Shown one piece after another: positions 63,194 to 64,000 of a stretch of 64,000 nucleotides of DNA. Origin of the DNA: Dehalococcoidia bacterium. Its GTDB lineage: Bacteria; Chloroflexota; Dehalococcoidia; UBA2979. The stretch lies in the NCBI GenBank assembly GCA_965262725.1, contig OZ253555.1, positions 1,152,001 to 1,216,000 of the forward strand, written 5' to 3'. Within the stretch, counting starts at the first letter, position 1, and every line of letters begins with the position of its first letter. A model generated the notes under the pieces. The model was not told the origin of the DNA. It was given only the letters and a program-made list of their open reading frames with translations, and did not search any database. The position numbers were made by a program, and so were the translations under genes.

Positions 63194-64000
63194 ATGGTCA
63201 AGCTGATCGATGTGCACCGCCACCTGTGGGGTTTCGAGTGGTTCCCGCCGAGCCACCTCGGGAACAATGCAGCCGAACTCGCGCGCCGCACCGGCCGCTC
63301 GAAGGATCAGGTGCTGGAGCGGATCAAGCAGTCGCCCACGATGGAGGAATCCGGCTCCGGCGCCGTCGCCGAAATGGAGCACTACGGGATCGATCACTCG
63401 ATCATTCTCTGTCTCGATTGGGGGATGGCCTACGGGCCCACCGAGGATAACCAGCTCGACGTCGAGGAGTTCCATCTGAAGACGGCCGAGGCTGCTGCAC
63501 GCTACCCCGGCAAGCTGTGGTGGTTTGCCGGCGTCGACCCGCGGCGGCCGCGGGCGACCGCGATCTTCGATGACATGGTGAAGAACCACGGCGCGGTCGG
63601 CCTGAAGGTCTACCCGCCGAACGGCTACCAGGCGAACGACGAGCGATGCTTCCCGATGTATGAGAAGGCGATCGAGCTCGACGTTCCGGTGCTCATCCAC
63701 ACGGGAGGCAACATCTGGGCCTGGCCGGAGTGGGTCGAGCTGGTCGCGCGGCGCTACCCGGACCTTCGCATCATGATGGGCCACACGAACCTGCAGTTCC
63801 CGTGGGAGACGGGCGCCTACTGGCGCGGTCTCATCGCGGGTCGCGGCAAGCGGAACGTCTGGCTCGACATCTGCGACTGGCAGGCCCTGGGCGCACTCAA
63901 GGAGGAGAACCAGCCAGAACTCGCCAAGGTGCTGCGCGTCTTCATCGATTCGGTGGGGGCGGAGCGCGTGGTGTGGGGCACCGATCTCCCCCAGGCGGGC
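63194..64000 (+). CDS. amidohydrolase_2-family protein, paralog, truncated by window edge
   Basis: Manual translation MVKLIDVHRHLWGFEWFPPSHL...GLKVYPPNGYQANDERCFP...WGTDLPQAG. Confidence 0.9.
   Translation, partial: MVKLIDVHRHLWGFEWFPPSHLGNNAAELARRTGRSKDQVLERIKQSPTMEESGSGAVAEMEHYGIDHSIILCLDWGMAYGPTEDNQLDVEEFHLKTAEAAARYPGKLWWFAGVDPRRPRATAIFDDMVKNHGAVGLKVYPPNGYQANDERCFPMYEKAIELDVPVLIHTGGNIWAWPEWVELVARRYPDLRIMMGHTNLQFPWETGAYWRGLIAGRGKRNVWLDICDWQALGALKEENQPELAKVLRVFIDSVGAERVVWGTDLPQAG

Overview
This is a very GC-rich bacterial chromosome segment. Gene content and order suggest Chloroflexota/Dehalococcoidia, which is an inference. It holds housekeeping genes (rlmD, metE, nrdJ, pepP, rimM-khpA-rpsP-ffh, gap, eno, xerD, pcm, uvrC, acnA, pepN), five tRNAs, and paralog-rich catabolic genes (acyl-CoA dehydrogenases, LLM oxidoreductases, crotonases, a tandem CoA-transferase, amidohydrolases). 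The main discovery is a nested mobile locus at 31389-36434, sitting at the gap stop codon. An IS630-derived miniature element contains an RT-encoding group II intron (31435-34370). The RT gene of that intron is interrupted by a related ORF-less group II intron (32551-33412). The EBS1, EBS2 and EBS3 sequences of the two introns differ, and each set matches its own insertion site, so the inner intron appears retargeted to its helper's RT gene. An IS1182-like element abuts this nest, and all IS boundaries in the window are CTAG. Also noted are a tRNA-Arg with anticodon GCG, three frameshifted genes, two short tandem repeats and a recurrent leaderless promoter layout. All calls come from reading the sequence by eye; no searches were run.
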